The notes beneath the pieces are model-generated. The model did no database searches. It saw only the letters and a list, made by a program, of their open reading frames with translations, and was not told the origin of the DNA. The position numbers and the translations under genes were made by a program. Positions 7,983-17,043 of a stretch of DNA of 64,000 bases are shown piece after piece. The stretch covers positions 171,593-235,592 of the forward strand of contig CAZUVX010000001.1 in the NCBI GenBank assembly GCA_964623865.1. The letters run 5' to 3'. The stretch comes from an uncultured Spirochaetaceae bacterium (lineage in GTDB: Bacteria > Spirochaetota > Spirochaetia > DSM-27196 > PWMO01). Each line of letters begins with the position of its first letter. Position 1 is the first letter of the stretch.

Positions 7983-9530
7983 GTGAAGAAGATAGATATT
8001 CAGAAAGACTCTTATCATGACTCGGTATTCTTGATGTTGGTCAACAAGGAAGCAAAGGGCTTCGAGGGCGTAAACGACGCCGTCGTATCCATGGGAACGC
8101 CCATGAACCTGGAGATCCTTGAGAATCTCGGTTTCGACGTGAAGGACGTCACGCCGAATGACCTCATTATTGCCGTGGATGCTGAGAGCGAGGACGCCGC
8201 CGAGAAGGCGATCGAGGCGGCACATGAGGCGATCCGCAATAAGGCCTCCGCTTCGGAGAGCGAAGGGGAGTTCAACCCCGCATCCCTCAGCGGTGCCCTG
8301 CAGCAGCTCCCCGACGCCAACATGGTCATCATCTCGGTCCCCGGGGAGTACGCCGCCGACGAGGTGCGGAAGGCCCTGAACAAGGACCTCCACGTCATGC
8401 TCTTCTCCGACAACGTTCCCATTGAGGATGAGATCGAGCTGAAGAAGAGCGCCGGAGAGAAGGGCCTTCTCATGATGGGCCCGGACTGCGGCACGGCGAT
8501 CATCAACGGGAAGCCCCTCTGCTTCGCCAACGTCGTCAAGCGCGGACCCATCGGGATGGTTGCTGCGTCGGGTACCGGCCTCCAGGAAGTGAGCTGCGTC
8601 ATCGACGAGCGCGGCAGCGGCCTGACCCAGGCAATCGGTACCGGCGGGCGCGACCTCAAAGATGAGCGCATCGGCGGCGCCATGATGATCACCGGCATTG
8701 AAGCCCTCAGGGACGATGATGCCACCAAGGTGATCACGGTTGTGTCCAAGCCCCCCGTCGAAGCGGTGGCGGATAAGGTCATCAAGGCGCTAGAAGAGAC
8801 CGGCAAGCCCTGCGTCATTCACTTCATTGGGCTCATGGGGCAGAAGGATCGCGGGAACCTGCACTTCGCCGACAATCTCGAGGAAGCCGCCGGCATGGCG
8901 GTCGCCCTCGCGGAAGGCAAGGAGTACACCCCGACCACCTTCACCATTCCGGAGTCGGAGGTGAAGGCGATTGTGGAGCGGGAGACCAAGGGCATGTCCT
9001 CCGACCAGAAGTACCTGCGCGGCCTCTACACCGGAGGAACCCTGGCGGACGAGGCGGTCATTCTCCTGAACGACGAGCTCGGCGGCATCATGTCCTTCGA
9101 CTCCAAGGATCCCGACCTCGTGCTGAAGGATCCGCACGTCTCGGAGAAGCACACCATCGTCGACCTCGGCGAGGATGTATTCACCGTCGGGCGGCCGCAC
9201 CCGATGATCGACCCGTCTACGCGGGAGGAGAGGCTTCGCAAGGAAGGGGACGACCCCGAAGTGGCGGTGGTTCTGATGGACGTCGTTCTGGGATACGGAT
9301 CGCACGAGGATCCCGCCGGCGCAATGGTGGACGCCGTTCGCGAGGCGAAGGAGAAGGCGAAGAAGCGCGGCGGGTACCTGCCGGTTATCGCTTCCGTCAC
9401 CGGCACCATCGGTGACCCGCAGGATCTCGGCACGTCCCGGAAGACCCTCGAGGAGGCCGGCGTCGTGGTGATGCCGTCGAATTTCCAGGCATCCAAGCTT
9501 GCCCTCGAGATCATGAAGGCCCGGAGGTAA
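7983..9530 (+). CDS. fdrA: FdrA-family acyl-CoA-synthetase-like protein (SucD/CoA-ligase fold)
   Basis: Begins VVKKIDIQKDSYHDSVFLMLVNKEA. Internal GPDCGTAII and AASGTGLQEV resemble succinyl-CoA synthetase alpha and E. coli FdrA. GTG start chosen because GAGGAGGAAG lies just upstream. The N-terminal extension in the track is R/H/G-rich. Confidence 0.85.
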   Translation: MKKIDIQKDSYHDSVFLMLVNKEAKGFEGVNDAVVSMGTPMNLEILENLGFDVKDVTPNDLIIAVDAESEDAAEKAIEAAHEAIRNKASASESEGEFNPASLSGALQQLPDANMVIISVPGEYAADEVRKALNKDLHVMLFSDNVPIEDEIELKKSAGEKGLLMMGPDCGTAIINGKPLCFANVVKRGPIGMVAASGTGLQEVSCVIDERGSGLTQAIGTGGRDLKDERIGGAMMITGIEALRDDDATKVITVVSKPPVEAVADKVIKALEETGKPCVIHFIGLMGQKDRGNLHFADNLEEAAGMAVALAEGKEYTPTTFTIPESEVKAIVERETKGMSSDQKYLRGLYTGGTLADEAVILLNDELGGIMSFDSKDPDLVLKDPHVSEKHTIVDLGEDVFTVGRPHPMIDPSTREERLRKEGDDPEVAVVLMDVVLGYGSHEDPAGAMVDAVREAKEKAKKRGGYLPVIASVTGTIGDPQDLGTSRKTLEEAGVVVMPSNFQASKLALEIMKARR

Positions 9531-9533
9531 ATC

Positions 9534-9716
9534 ATGGCTTCTACGGAAAAGATTCAGAAGCTCTTCAAGAGCGATCTCAAAGCAATCAACATGGGACTGT
9601 CCTCCTTTGCGGACAACCTGAAGAACGAGAACACCAAGGTCGTCCACATGGCGTGGCGCCCGCCGGCAGGCGGCAACAAAGAGATGGGCGATCTTCTCAA
9701 GAAGCTCGGCATGTAA
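9534..9716 (+). CDS. 60-aa protein, unknown function, tightly linked to fdrA
   Basis: The ATG lies 3 nt after the fdrA stop, with GGAGG 6 nt upstream. Composition is protein-like (K/N/E/L-rich) and resembles the neighbouring real genes. Confidence 0.6.
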   Translation: MASTEKIQKLFKSDLKAINMGLSSFADNLKNENTKVVHMAWRPPAGGNKEMGDLLKKLGM

Positions 9717-9733
9717 CCGTGCGCGGCCGCGTA

Positions 9734-9784
9734 CCGTGACCGGCACGGCGCCGTGACTGCCACGACTCCGTGATCGCCACGGCT
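9734..9784. repeat. Three tandem 17-bp units, each an inverted repeat CCGTG-N5-CACGG
   Basis: CCGTGACCGGCACGGCG / CCGTGACTGCCACGACT / CCGTGATCGCCACGGCT, starting 18 nt after the stop of the 60-aa ORF. Confidence 0.7.
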
Positions 9785-9807
9785 CCGCAGTCGGCCGCGT
9801 GCCGCGC

Positions 9808-9839
9808 GAAGGCCCGGAGGGACACCACCCCGGGCCTTC
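9808..9839 (+). terminator. Strong hairpin, possible terminator of the fdrA operon
   Basis: GAAGGCCCGG (9808-9817) pairs perfectly with CCGGGCCTTC (9830-9839) around a 12-nt loop. There is no clear U-tract. Confidence 0.4.
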
Positions 9840-10023
9840 GCTGTGTGGCGGCCGCGTCTGCGGCAGACATCCCTCCCTTCGGCGACCGGGAATGCACCCC
9901 GTCGCCACCGCCCACGCAGACAGCAGCGAAGTACGTTGTGGCTGAGCCCCCGTCCCTGCTACGGTGGTGCCCATACCGGCAGCGCCGTCCATCTGAAGCG
10001 CTGTCCATGTAAAAGGAACACCG

Positions 10024-10302
10024 GTGTCCGAGGATCAGGAAAACGGCCGCGACCGCCTGGCGGAGCTTGAAGAGAACTTCCGGCGCAGGAAGAGAAACCG
10101 CACTCAGCTCTACTGGATGAAGTACAATCCCGTTGCCGACTACAAGTGGGACCTGGTCGACGCACGGGAGGATGTCGAGTGGATGATTGCGGAGATCAAG
10201 CGCCTCCGATCGGAGCTCGCCATGTACAGGGAGCTCACGGAGGAGCTGAAACGACAGATCCGGCAGGAGATCGGCGGCCTTTGGGGTGAGGACGAGCAAT
10301 AA
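10024..10302 (+). CDS. Hypothetical 92-aa coiled-coil protein
   Basis: GTG start with AAGGA 8 nt upstream. Charged heptad-like C-terminus (IAEIKRLRSELAMYRELTEELKRQIRQEI). No family recognised. Confidence 0.5.
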   Translation: MSEDQENGRDRLAELEENFRRRKRNRTQLYWMKYNPVADYKWDLVDAREDVEWMIAEIKRLRSELAMYRELTEELKRQIRQEIGGLWGEDEQ

Positions 10303-10317
10303 CCGTGGAGTTCAGAA

Positions 10318-10365
10318 CGGCGTCCGCGACGGCGTCGCCGGCGGCGTCCGCGACGGCGTCGCCGG
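10318..10365. repeat. Perfect 24-bp tandem duplication
   Basis: CGGCGTCCGCGACGGCGTCGCCGG occurs twice in tandem between the convergent stops at 10302 and 10377. Each unit contains the hairpin GCGAC-ggc-GTCGC. Confidence 0.8.
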
Positions 10366-10376
10366 TCGGCATTGAC

Positions 10377-12056
10377 CTAACTGGTGAACGCCCCCATGCT
10401 TGCGGATGAAACCATCTGAGCGTACTTGTACAGGGCGCCGCGCTTGTACCGCAGCTCCGGCGCCTTCCACGCCTTCCGGCGACGCTCGAGCTCTTCGTTG
10501 GAAACGTCCATGGAGAGCTCCGCCTTGTTGCTGTCAATAGTGATCGTGTCGCCGTTTTTAACCAGGGCGATCCCGCCGCCGACCTGCGCCTCCGGGGCGA
10601 CGTGGCCGACCACCATTCCGTGGCTTCCCCCGGAGAAGCGACCGTCCGTGATGAGGGCGACATCCCGAAGGAGGCCGGCCCCGGCAATCGCCGAGGTGGG
10701 CGCCAGCATCTCGCGCATACCCGGGCCGCCTTTCGGTCCCTCGTAGCGAATCACGACGACATCTCCCTTGACCACACCGCCGTTGAGGATTGCGTCGAGC
10801 GCCTCCTCCTCGTTGTTGAAGACCCTCGCGGGTCCGGTGTGAACCACCTCGCCGAGGCCCGTGGTCTTGAGGACCGCCCCCTCTTCCGCAAGGTTGCCCC
10901 GGAGGATCACGAAAGGCCCCTGCTTCTTGGCCGGGGCGCTGAGGGGAAAGACCACCGCCGCGGAGAAGTCGGGCTCTTCCACGCGCGCGAGGTTCTCTTC
11001 CAGGGTCTTCCCGGTCACGGTGCGGCAGCCACCGTGGAGACGGCCGTCGTTCAAGAGGTGTTTCATGACCGCCTGCACACCGCCGACGTTGTACAGATCC
11101 TCCATGACGTACCGTCCCGCCGGTTTCATGTCGGTGAGGGTGGGCGTCTTCGCGCTGAACTCGTTGAAGTCGTCGATGGACAGCTCCACGTCTACCTCAT
11201 GGGCCAGTGCCAGAAGATGGAGGACCGCGTTCGTGGAGCCGCCGAGGGCCATGACAACCGTCATGGCGTTCTCGAAGGCCTCTCGAGTCATGATGTCCCG
11301 CGGTCTTACATCGTTCACAATTAGGTGGTGCAGAGCCTCCGCGGAAGCGATCATGACGTTGTCGCGCTCTTCGAACACCGCCGGCACGGAAGCGTTGCCC
11401 GGCACGCTCATCCCAAGCGCTTCCATGGCCGCCGCCATGGTGTTGGCGGTATACATGCCCCCGCAGGCGCCGGGGCCGGGGCAGGCGGCGCACTCGATTG
11501 CGTGGCGCTCCTCCTCGGTTATGTGCCCCTTGCTGTAGGCGCCCACCGCCTCGAAGGCGGAGACAATATCGACCGGTTTGCCCTCATGATGACCGGGACG
11601 AATGGAGCCCCCGTAGACGAATACGGAGGGGACATCCGCCCGGGCGAGGCCCATGACGGTTCCTGGAATGGTCTTGTCGCACCCGCCGACGCCCAAGAGG
11701 GCGTCCATCTGGTGCCCCAGAGCGTCCAGCTCAACGATGTCGGCAATGGTGTCGCGACTGATGAGAGATGCCTTCATCCCTTCGTGACCCATTGCCATGC
11801 CGTCGGTAACGACGAAGGTGTGAAAGCTCACCGGCATGACGCCGAGCTCTTTGAGGCGTTTCTTCGAAATCTCGGCAATCTCAGCCAGGTGAACGTTGCA
11901 GGGGCTGACGTCGCTATCTGCGGTAGCAATGCCGACAATCGGCTTACCAAAATCCTCGTCGGTGAAGCCCACGGCGCGAAGCATGGCGCGGTTGGCCGTC
12001 CTGGCAACGCCTCCGGTCATGGTTACGCTTCGCGTGTTCAGGCCTTTCTGCGTCAT
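10377..12056 (-). CDS. ilvD: Dihydroxy-acid dehydratase
   Basis: 559 aa. [31 protein letters not shown] and [16 protein letters not shown] are typical IlvD/Edd motifs. Confidence 0.95.
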   Translation of the reverse strand: MTQKGLNTRSVTMTGGVARTANRAMLRAVGFTDEDFGKPIVGIATADSDVSPCNVHLAEIAEISKKRLKELGVMPVSFHTFVVTDGMAMGHEGMKASLISRDTIADIVELDALGHQMDALLGVGGCDKTIPGTVMGLARADVPSVFVYGGSIRPGHHEGKPVDIVSAFEAVGAYSKGHITEEERHAIECAACPGPGACGGMYTANTMAAAMEALGMSVPGNASVPAVFEERDNVMIASAEALHHLIVNDVRPRDIMTREAFENAMTVVMALGGSTNAVLHLLALAHEVDVELSIDDFNEFSAKTPTLTDMKPAGRYVMEDLYNVGGVQAVMKHLLNDGRLHGGCRTVTGKTLEENLARVEEPDFSAAVVFPLSAPAKKQGPFVILRGNLAEEGAVLKTTGLGEVVHTGPARVFNNEEEALDAILNGGVVKGDVVVIRYEGPKGGPGMREMLAPTSAIAGAGLLRDVALITDGRFSGGSHGMVVGHVAPEAQVGGGIALVKNGDTITIDSNKAELSMDVSNEELERRRKAWKAPELRYKRGALYKYAQMVSSASMGAFTS

Positions 12057-12151
12057 GGGTGTGTCCTTTCTCCCGGTCGTTTCGGCGCCGCTTCGAGGCG
12101 CCTGGAACAGGCGTCCACAGGGTGCCCGGACGCCTCAACGCGGGCCATTCG

Positions 12152-12790
12152 CTACGCCGGGTAGCCGTTCATGTAGGGCAGCCGCCCGGCGGTTTCCCGG
12201 ATCTGATCCAGATTAGAGAGCAGGGTGGATGTGGAGTCCCAGGTCCCCGCAATCAATGCGCTCCGCGACGCCGGAGAAAGCTCGAATTCGAAAGCGAGAT
12301 CTTCCGCTACGATCGTTCCCTCTCTCACGTCTATTGCAATCTGCGTCTCCGGATACTCCTCGACCCGGTCGATCAGCGCCTCAACGTCCTCGTGGGGAAT
12401 GGAGACCGCCGGAACGCCCATGGCGGTGCAATTGCCGGCAAAGATCTCGGCAAAGGATTCGCCGACGACCGCCTCGATTCCCCACCGAGCCAGAGCCTGC
12501 GGGGCGTGCTCCCGGGAGGAGCCGCAGCCGAAGTTGGCGTTCACGAGCAGGATGTTTGCTCCCTGAAACCGCGGATCGTTGAACGGGTGTAGTTTCTCGT
12601 TGCCCTCGGCGTCGTAGCGTTGGTCGTAGAAGGCGTATTCCCCCAGGCCGTCGAATGTGACGACCTTCATGAACCGAGCGGGAATGATCCGGTCGGTGTC
12701 GACGTCGTTTCCCCGAATGGGGATGCCGCGTCCCTCCACGCGTACGACCTTGGTGTGCTTTGCGGTTGATCCGCCTTGTTCCGGTGCCAT
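12152..12790 (-). CDS. leuD: 3-isopropylmalate dehydratase small subunit
   Basis: GNDVDTDRIIPARF and NFGCGSSREHAPQAL motifs. Start set at the ATG at 12790, preceded by GAGGAGAG. Confidence 0.9.
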   Translation of the reverse strand: MAPEQGGSTAKHTKVVRVEGRGIPIRGNDVDTDRIIPARFMKVVTFDGLGEYAFYDQRYDAEGNEKLHPFNDPRFQGANILLVNANFGCGSSREHAPQALARWGIEAVVGESFAEIFAGNCTAMGVPAVSIPHEDVEALIDRVEEYPETQIAIDVREGTIVAEDLAFEFELSPASRSALIAGTWDSTSTLLSNLDQIRETAGRLPYMNGYPA

Positions 12791-12841
12791 GGGTCTCTCC
12801 TCAATTGCCGCGCGTACGGCGTCTTCCTGTCGGCGACTCCG

Positions 12842-12907
12842 CGCCGTCGTTCCCCCGCCGTCGTTTCCCTCGGCGGGGCCTCGCTGCCGGCGTCTCGCTG
12901 CCGGGGT
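12842..12907. repeat. Two pairs of 14-bp tandem duplications in the leuC-leuD spacer
   Basis: CGCCGTCGTTCCCC/CGCCGTCGTTTCCC (12842-12869) and CTCGCTGCCGGCGT/CTCGCTGCCGGGGT (12880-12907). Confidence 0.7.
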
Positions 12908-12908
12908 C

Positions 12909-14336
12909 TCATCCGACCGGCTGCGGCTCCGGCTCGAAGGTGAACTCTCTAACATCCACAACCTCGCCGGTAACCGCCGCCGCCGCCACCATGGCGGGGC
13001 TCATGAGCAGCGTGCGGCCCGAGGGCGAGCCCTGGCGTCCAATGAAGTTGCGGTTGGACGAGCTTGCGCAGAGCTGATTCCCCTCGAGCTTGTCCGGATT
13101 CATGGCAAGGCACATGGAGCACCCGGCGCCGCGCCACTGGAAGCCCGCCTCCTCGAATATGGCGGGGAGTCCCTCCTGCTCGGCCTGCCGCGCCACTCCC
13201 TTTGAGCCGGGTACCACGAAGGCCTGCACGTGGGGGTGCACGCGCTTTCCCCTCACGAAGCGCGCCGCCTCGCGGAGATCACTGATTCGGGAGTTGGTAC
13301 ACGAGCCCAGGAAGGCAACATCGATCTTCTTGCCCTTGACGGGTTCTCCCTCCTGAAAGTCCATGTGCTCGTACGCCTTCTCGGCGACCTCCCGGACGCC
13401 GTCGGCCAGCTCCGACAGGAGCGGGGTTGTGTCGCTGATTCCGATCGCCTGTCCGGGATTGATGCCCCATGTGACCATGGGCTGAAGGTCGTCGGCGCTG
13501 AGCGTCACGACGTCGTCGTACCGGGCCCCCGGGTCCGATGCGATTGAGTCCCAGTACTCCATTGCGCGCTCAAAGGCCTCCCCCTTCGGAGCGTAGGGAC
13601 GTCCGCGAATGTACTCGTACGTCGTAGCGTCGGGATTCACGTATCCCACCCGGGCGCCGCCCTCAATGCTCATGTTGCACATGGTCATGCGCCCGTCCAT
13701 GGAGAGAGTGTGGATCGTGTCGCCGGCGTACTCGTAGGCGTAGCCGATACCGCCGTGTACACCCAGATGCGCAATGATCCTGAGGATAATGTCCTTTGCG
13801 TAGACGCCCTCTCGGAGCGCGCCGTTCACTTCAATGCGGCGAACCTTGGGTCGGGAAAGGGCAAGGCACTGTGTTGCCAGGACGTCGCGAATTTGAGATG
13901 TGCCGATGCCGAAGGCAATGGATCCGAACGCCCCGTGGGTGGAAGTGTGGGAGTCCCCGCAGGCAATGGTCATACCCGGCTGGGTGAGCCCCTGCTCGGG
14001 ACCGACCACATGTACAATGCCCTGGTGATCCGTGCGAAGGCCGAAGAACTCGATCCCGTACTCCTCGGTGTTCTTCTCCAGAGCGCGCATCATCTCCTCC
14101 GCCAGAGGATCGGCGAAGGGACGCTCCTGGCCGGCGGTCGGTACAATGTGGTCGACCGTTGCCACCGTCCGCTCGGGATGAAGGACCGGGAGGTTCCGCT
14201 CCCGGAGCATCTGAAACGCCTGCGGCGATGTCACCTCATGGATCATATGCAGGCCGATGAAGAGCTGGTCCTGCCCCGGCTCCAACGTCGTGACCTTGTG
14301 TCTGTCCCACACCTTGTTGAGTAAGTTCTCGGCCAT
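12909..14336 (-). CDS. leuC: 3-isopropylmalate dehydratase large subunit
   Basis: Aconitase-family motifs [23 protein letters not shown] and GSCTNSR. Start set at the ATG at 14336, preceded by GGAAGGAG. Confidence 0.93.
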   Translation of the reverse strand: MAENLLNKVWDRHKVTTLEPGQDQLFIGLHMIHEVTSPQAFQMLRERNLPVLHPERTVATVDHIVPTAGQERPFADPLAEEMMRALEKNTEEYGIEFFGLRTDHQGIVHVVGPEQGLTQPGMTIACGDSHTSTHGAFGSIAFGIGTSQIRDVLATQCLALSRPKVRRIEVNGALREGVYAKDIILRIIAHLGVHGGIGYAYEYAGDTIHTLSMDGRMTMCNMSIEGGARVGYVNPDATTYEYIRGRPYAPKGEAFERAMEYWDSIASDPGARYDDVVTLSADDLQPMVTWGINPGQAIGISDTTPLLSELADGVREVAEKAYEHMDFQEGEPVKGKKIDVAFLGSCTNSRISDLREAARFVRGKRVHPHVQAFVVPGSKGVARQAEQEGLPAIFEEAGFQWRGAGCSMCLAMNPDKLEGNQLCASSSNRNFIGRQGSPSGRTLLMSPAMVAAAAVTGEVVDVREFTFEPEPQPVG

Positions 14337-14453
14337 GCCGTACTCCTTCCGTTGCCCTCGCTTCGTTACGCGCGTTCCGTCGCAAACGTCGCCCTGGTGG
14401 CCGTCGCCCACCGCAGCGGCGGTGCCGAGCCCCGTGACTGCGCCGGGGGCGCC

Positions 14454-14975
14454 TTACGGCGTGATCTGCTCTCCCCGCGCCATCAGCACCTTACCGGTGC
14501 GAATCATCTCTTGTACACCGTATCGTTCAAAAACACGATAGGCGCTGTCAAGTTCTTCAGAGTCACCGGTAAGCTGCAGAATCGTGGCGTGCTCGCTCAC
14601 CTCCACGATTACCGCATCCATGGCGTGGGCGAGTTGCAGCACGTCGCTGCGTCCGTCGGGCTCACATTTTATCTTGAGCAGAGCGAGCTCCCGGCTGATG
14701 ATGTCCTCGCCGGTGCGGTCGGAGGCGTGAATGACGTCAACCAGCTTGTTCAGCTGCTTCAGGATCTGGTCGAGTACCTTCTCGTCGCCGGAAGCGACGA
14801 TGTTCATGGTTGAATAGCGGGGATCCCCCGACTCGGACACGACCAGACTGTCGATGTTGTATCCCCGTCGCGCGAAGAGCAGGGCGACTCGAATGAGCAC
14901 GCCCGGCTTGTTGGCCACGAAGACGCTCAGCGTGTGCTTCTTGTAGGTCGGTGCGTTGTACTGCGGCTTTCCCAT
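14454..14975 (-). CDS. ilvN: Acetolactate synthase small (regulatory) subunit
   Basis: HTLSVFVANKPGVLIRVALLFARRGYNIDSLVV (ACT domain). Lies immediately downstream of ilvB. Confidence 0.9.
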   Translation of the reverse strand: MGKPQYNAPTYKKHTLSVFVANKPGVLIRVALLFARRGYNIDSLVVSESGDPRYSTMNIVASGDEKVLDQILKQLNKLVDVIHASDRTGEDIISRELALLKIKCEPDGRSDVLQLAHAMDAVIVEVSEHATILQLTGDSEELDSAYRVFERYGVQEMIRTGKVLMARGEQITP

Positions 14976-14980
14976 GACTG

Positions 14981-16714
14981 CTACTCCTGTTCCGCCAGGG
15001 CCGGGGCGGCCTTCGTGCGAGAGGCGATCTTCTTGGGCGCCTCAATGATCATCTCGTCATAGCCCTTGCCGGATGGGATCATGGGGAAGACGTTGTCCTC
15101 CTTCTCCACCTCCACATCGATCAGGCAGGGACCCTCGTTGTACGCCAGGGCGCTTTGGATGATACGTCGCACGTCGCCGCTGCGCCGCACCCGAAAGCCC
15201 TTGGCACCGTAGGCCTCGGCAAGCTTGACGAAGTTCGGATTCCCTTCCAGATCGACACCGGACAGGCGGTTGTCGTAGAAGAGGTTCTGCCACTGCCGCA
15301 CCATGCCCAGATATCGGTTGTTGATCAGGAGGATTTTGATGGGCAGCTTGTGGATGACCGCCGTGGCGAGCTCCGAAAGGGTCATCTGGAAGCCGCCGTC
15401 CCCGACGACGGCCACTACGGTTGATTCCGGATTGGCGAACTGCGCCCCAATGGCTGCGGGGAACCCGAAGCCCATGGTTCCGGCGCCGCCGGATGAGATC
15501 CATCGGAAGCGGCTGTCCGTCAGGTAGTACTGGGCCGCCCACATCTGGTGTTGTCCCACGTCGGTGGTCACGAAGGCCTTACCCTCGGTCTGCTTGTAGA
15601 TCTCGTCGATCGCGTGCTCCGCCCGGAGCTTGCCGCTCTTCTTGAACCGCAACGGATACCGGCGTTTCCACTTGTCGATCTGACTGAGCCAGTCTCGGGT
15701 CTCTCCCTTCTCGGCGGTCATCAGGAGCGCTTCGCAGACGCGCCGGGCATCTCCCTGAATGGTGACGTCCATGGGAAGTATCTTTCCAAACTCCGCGGGG
15801 TCAATGTCCACGTGAATCTTCTTCGCCGCCGGGGCGAAAGTGTCGGGCTTGCCGACAATCCGGTCGTCCCAGCGGGAGCCCACGGACATGATGAGATCGG
15901 CATCGTTTACGGCAAGATTGGCGTACGCCGTTCCGTGCATGCCGAGCATCCCCAGGGCGAGGGGGTGCGTTTCAGGAAACGCTCCCTTGCCCAGAAGGGT
16001 ATTGGTCACCGGGATCTGAAGCTTCTCCGCCAGATGCTGCAGCGGCCGCTCCGCGCCGGCGATCACCGCGCCGTGTCCGGCGAGGATCACCGGTCGGCGT
16101 GCCAGACGCAGCAGCGCCGCCGCCTCTTCGACGTCGCGCATGTCCGGCTCGGTGCTCACGTGGTAGCCGGGAAGGTGAAACTCCTCGGTATGATCCGGCT
16201 CGATCGTCGCCTGAGCCACGTCCTTGGGCACATCGATCAGAACCGGACCGGGACGCCCCGTCTGGGCGACGTGGAAGGCCTCCCGGACCACCCGGGGCAC
16301 GTCGTCGGGGTCCTTCAGCAGGTACGAGTGCTTCACGACCGGGAAGGAGATGCCGGACACATCGGCCTCCTGGAAGGCATCCAGTCCGAGATTGGTCGTG
16401 GTCTGCTGACCGGTAATGATCACCATGGGAACCGAATCCATGTGTGCGGTGAGGATTCCGGTAATCGTGTTCGTTGCACCGGGGCCGGAGGTTACCAGTA
16501 CCACGCCGGGCTTGCCGCTCGATCGAGCAAATCCGTCCGCCATATGTGCCGCACCCTGCTCGTGCCGGGTAAGAATGAACTTGATCGAGCTATCTACGAG
16601 GGCGTCAAAGATGGGGATTGCCGCTCCGCCGGGGAGCCCGAAGATGTAATCCACCCCCTCCTGCTCAATGACGTCCACAATCGCCTGTGCGCCGGTTCTC
16701 TTCTTCGTGCCCAT
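14981..16714 (-). CDS. ilvB: Acetolactate synthase large subunit (ThDP-dependent)
   Basis: [23 protein letters not shown] and [13 protein letters not shown]...GDGGFQM ThDP motif. Start set at the ATG at 16714, preceded by AAGGAGG. Confidence 0.95.
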   Translation of the reverse strand: MGTKKRTGAQAIVDVIEQEGVDYIFGLPGGAAIPIFDALVDSSIKFILTRHEQGAAHMADGFARSSGKPGVVLVTSGPGATNTITGILTAHMDSVPMVIITGQQTTTNLGLDAFQEADVSGISFPVVKHSYLLKDPDDVPRVVREAFHVAQTGRPGPVLIDVPKDVAQATIEPDHTEEFHLPGYHVSTEPDMRDVEEAAALLRLARRPVILAGHGAVIAGAERPLQHLAEKLQIPVTNTLLGKGAFPETHPLALGMLGMHGTAYANLAVNDADLIMSVGSRWDDRIVGKPDTFAPAAKKIHVDIDPAEFGKILPMDVTIQGDARRVCEALLMTAEKGETRDWLSQIDKWKRRYPLRFKKSGKLRAEHAIDEIYKQTEGKAFVTTDVGQHQMWAAQYYLTDSRFRWISSGGAGTMGFGFPAAIGAQFANPESTVVAVVGDGGFQMTLSELATAVIHKLPIKILLINNRYLGMVRQWQNLFYDNRLSGVDLEGNPNFVKLAEAYGAKGFRVRRSGDVRRIIQSALAYNEGPCLIDVEVEKEDNVFPMIPSGKGYDEMIIEAPKKIASRTKAAPALAEQE

Positions 16715-16760
16715 GGGACCCTCCTTGCGGTGCATGAGTATGCATTCACGATACTCCGGA

Positions 16761-16789
16761 ATAGTATGGATGCATCCGGACAAGGTCAA
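16761..16789 (-). promoter_or_regulatory. Putative ilvB operon promoter
   Basis: On the minus strand: TTGACC (16784-16789), 17-nt spacer, TACTAT (16761-16766). The -10 box is bracketed by TCCGGA at 16755-16760 and 16775-16780. Confidence 0.5.
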
Positions 16790-17043
16790 CAGAAATGCAC
16801 AAAAAAATCGGGTAAATTTGCAGTCAGTACTTAGAAGGCTTCAAAACTGTACTTCACGAAGACGTAAATCTGTGAGCATTCCGCCGGAAACCCCAAAAAC
16901 GGCCAAACGTGAACGCGAAATGGCGTCGGGTCACTGCAAGCATATGCGTATCGTATACGTTACCGCCGTTCTATTGCGCATCTGCACCTTCCCCGGGCAT
17001 GCGTGTTGTGATAGTCTGCCGGTCTTCTGGAGGAAATCGGTAC

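Noticed and set aside
9770-10070. Small ORFs (9770-10012, 9843-10070, 9697-10299 minus) in the region between the fdrA operon and the 92-aa gene.
   Set aside because: They are Arg/Pro/Ala-rich, lack an RBS, and overlap hairpin or repeat sequence. The region is better explained as non-coding structured DNA.
14440-14453. An identical GCGCCGGGGGCGC hairpin immediately after two stop codons (14440-14453 after ilvN; 50191-50203 after the TPR gene), possibly a dispersed element.
   Set aside because: It is a 13-nt, purely G/C sequence. Two copies in 64 kb of GC-rich DNA are within what chance can produce, and there is no extended flanking similarity.
16715-16900. T-box or leader-peptide attenuator upstream of ilvB.
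   Set aside because: The best promoter leaves a leader of about 40 nt. There is no Ile/Leu/Val-rich mini-ORF, no specifier or T-box sequence, and no terminator/antiterminator pair.
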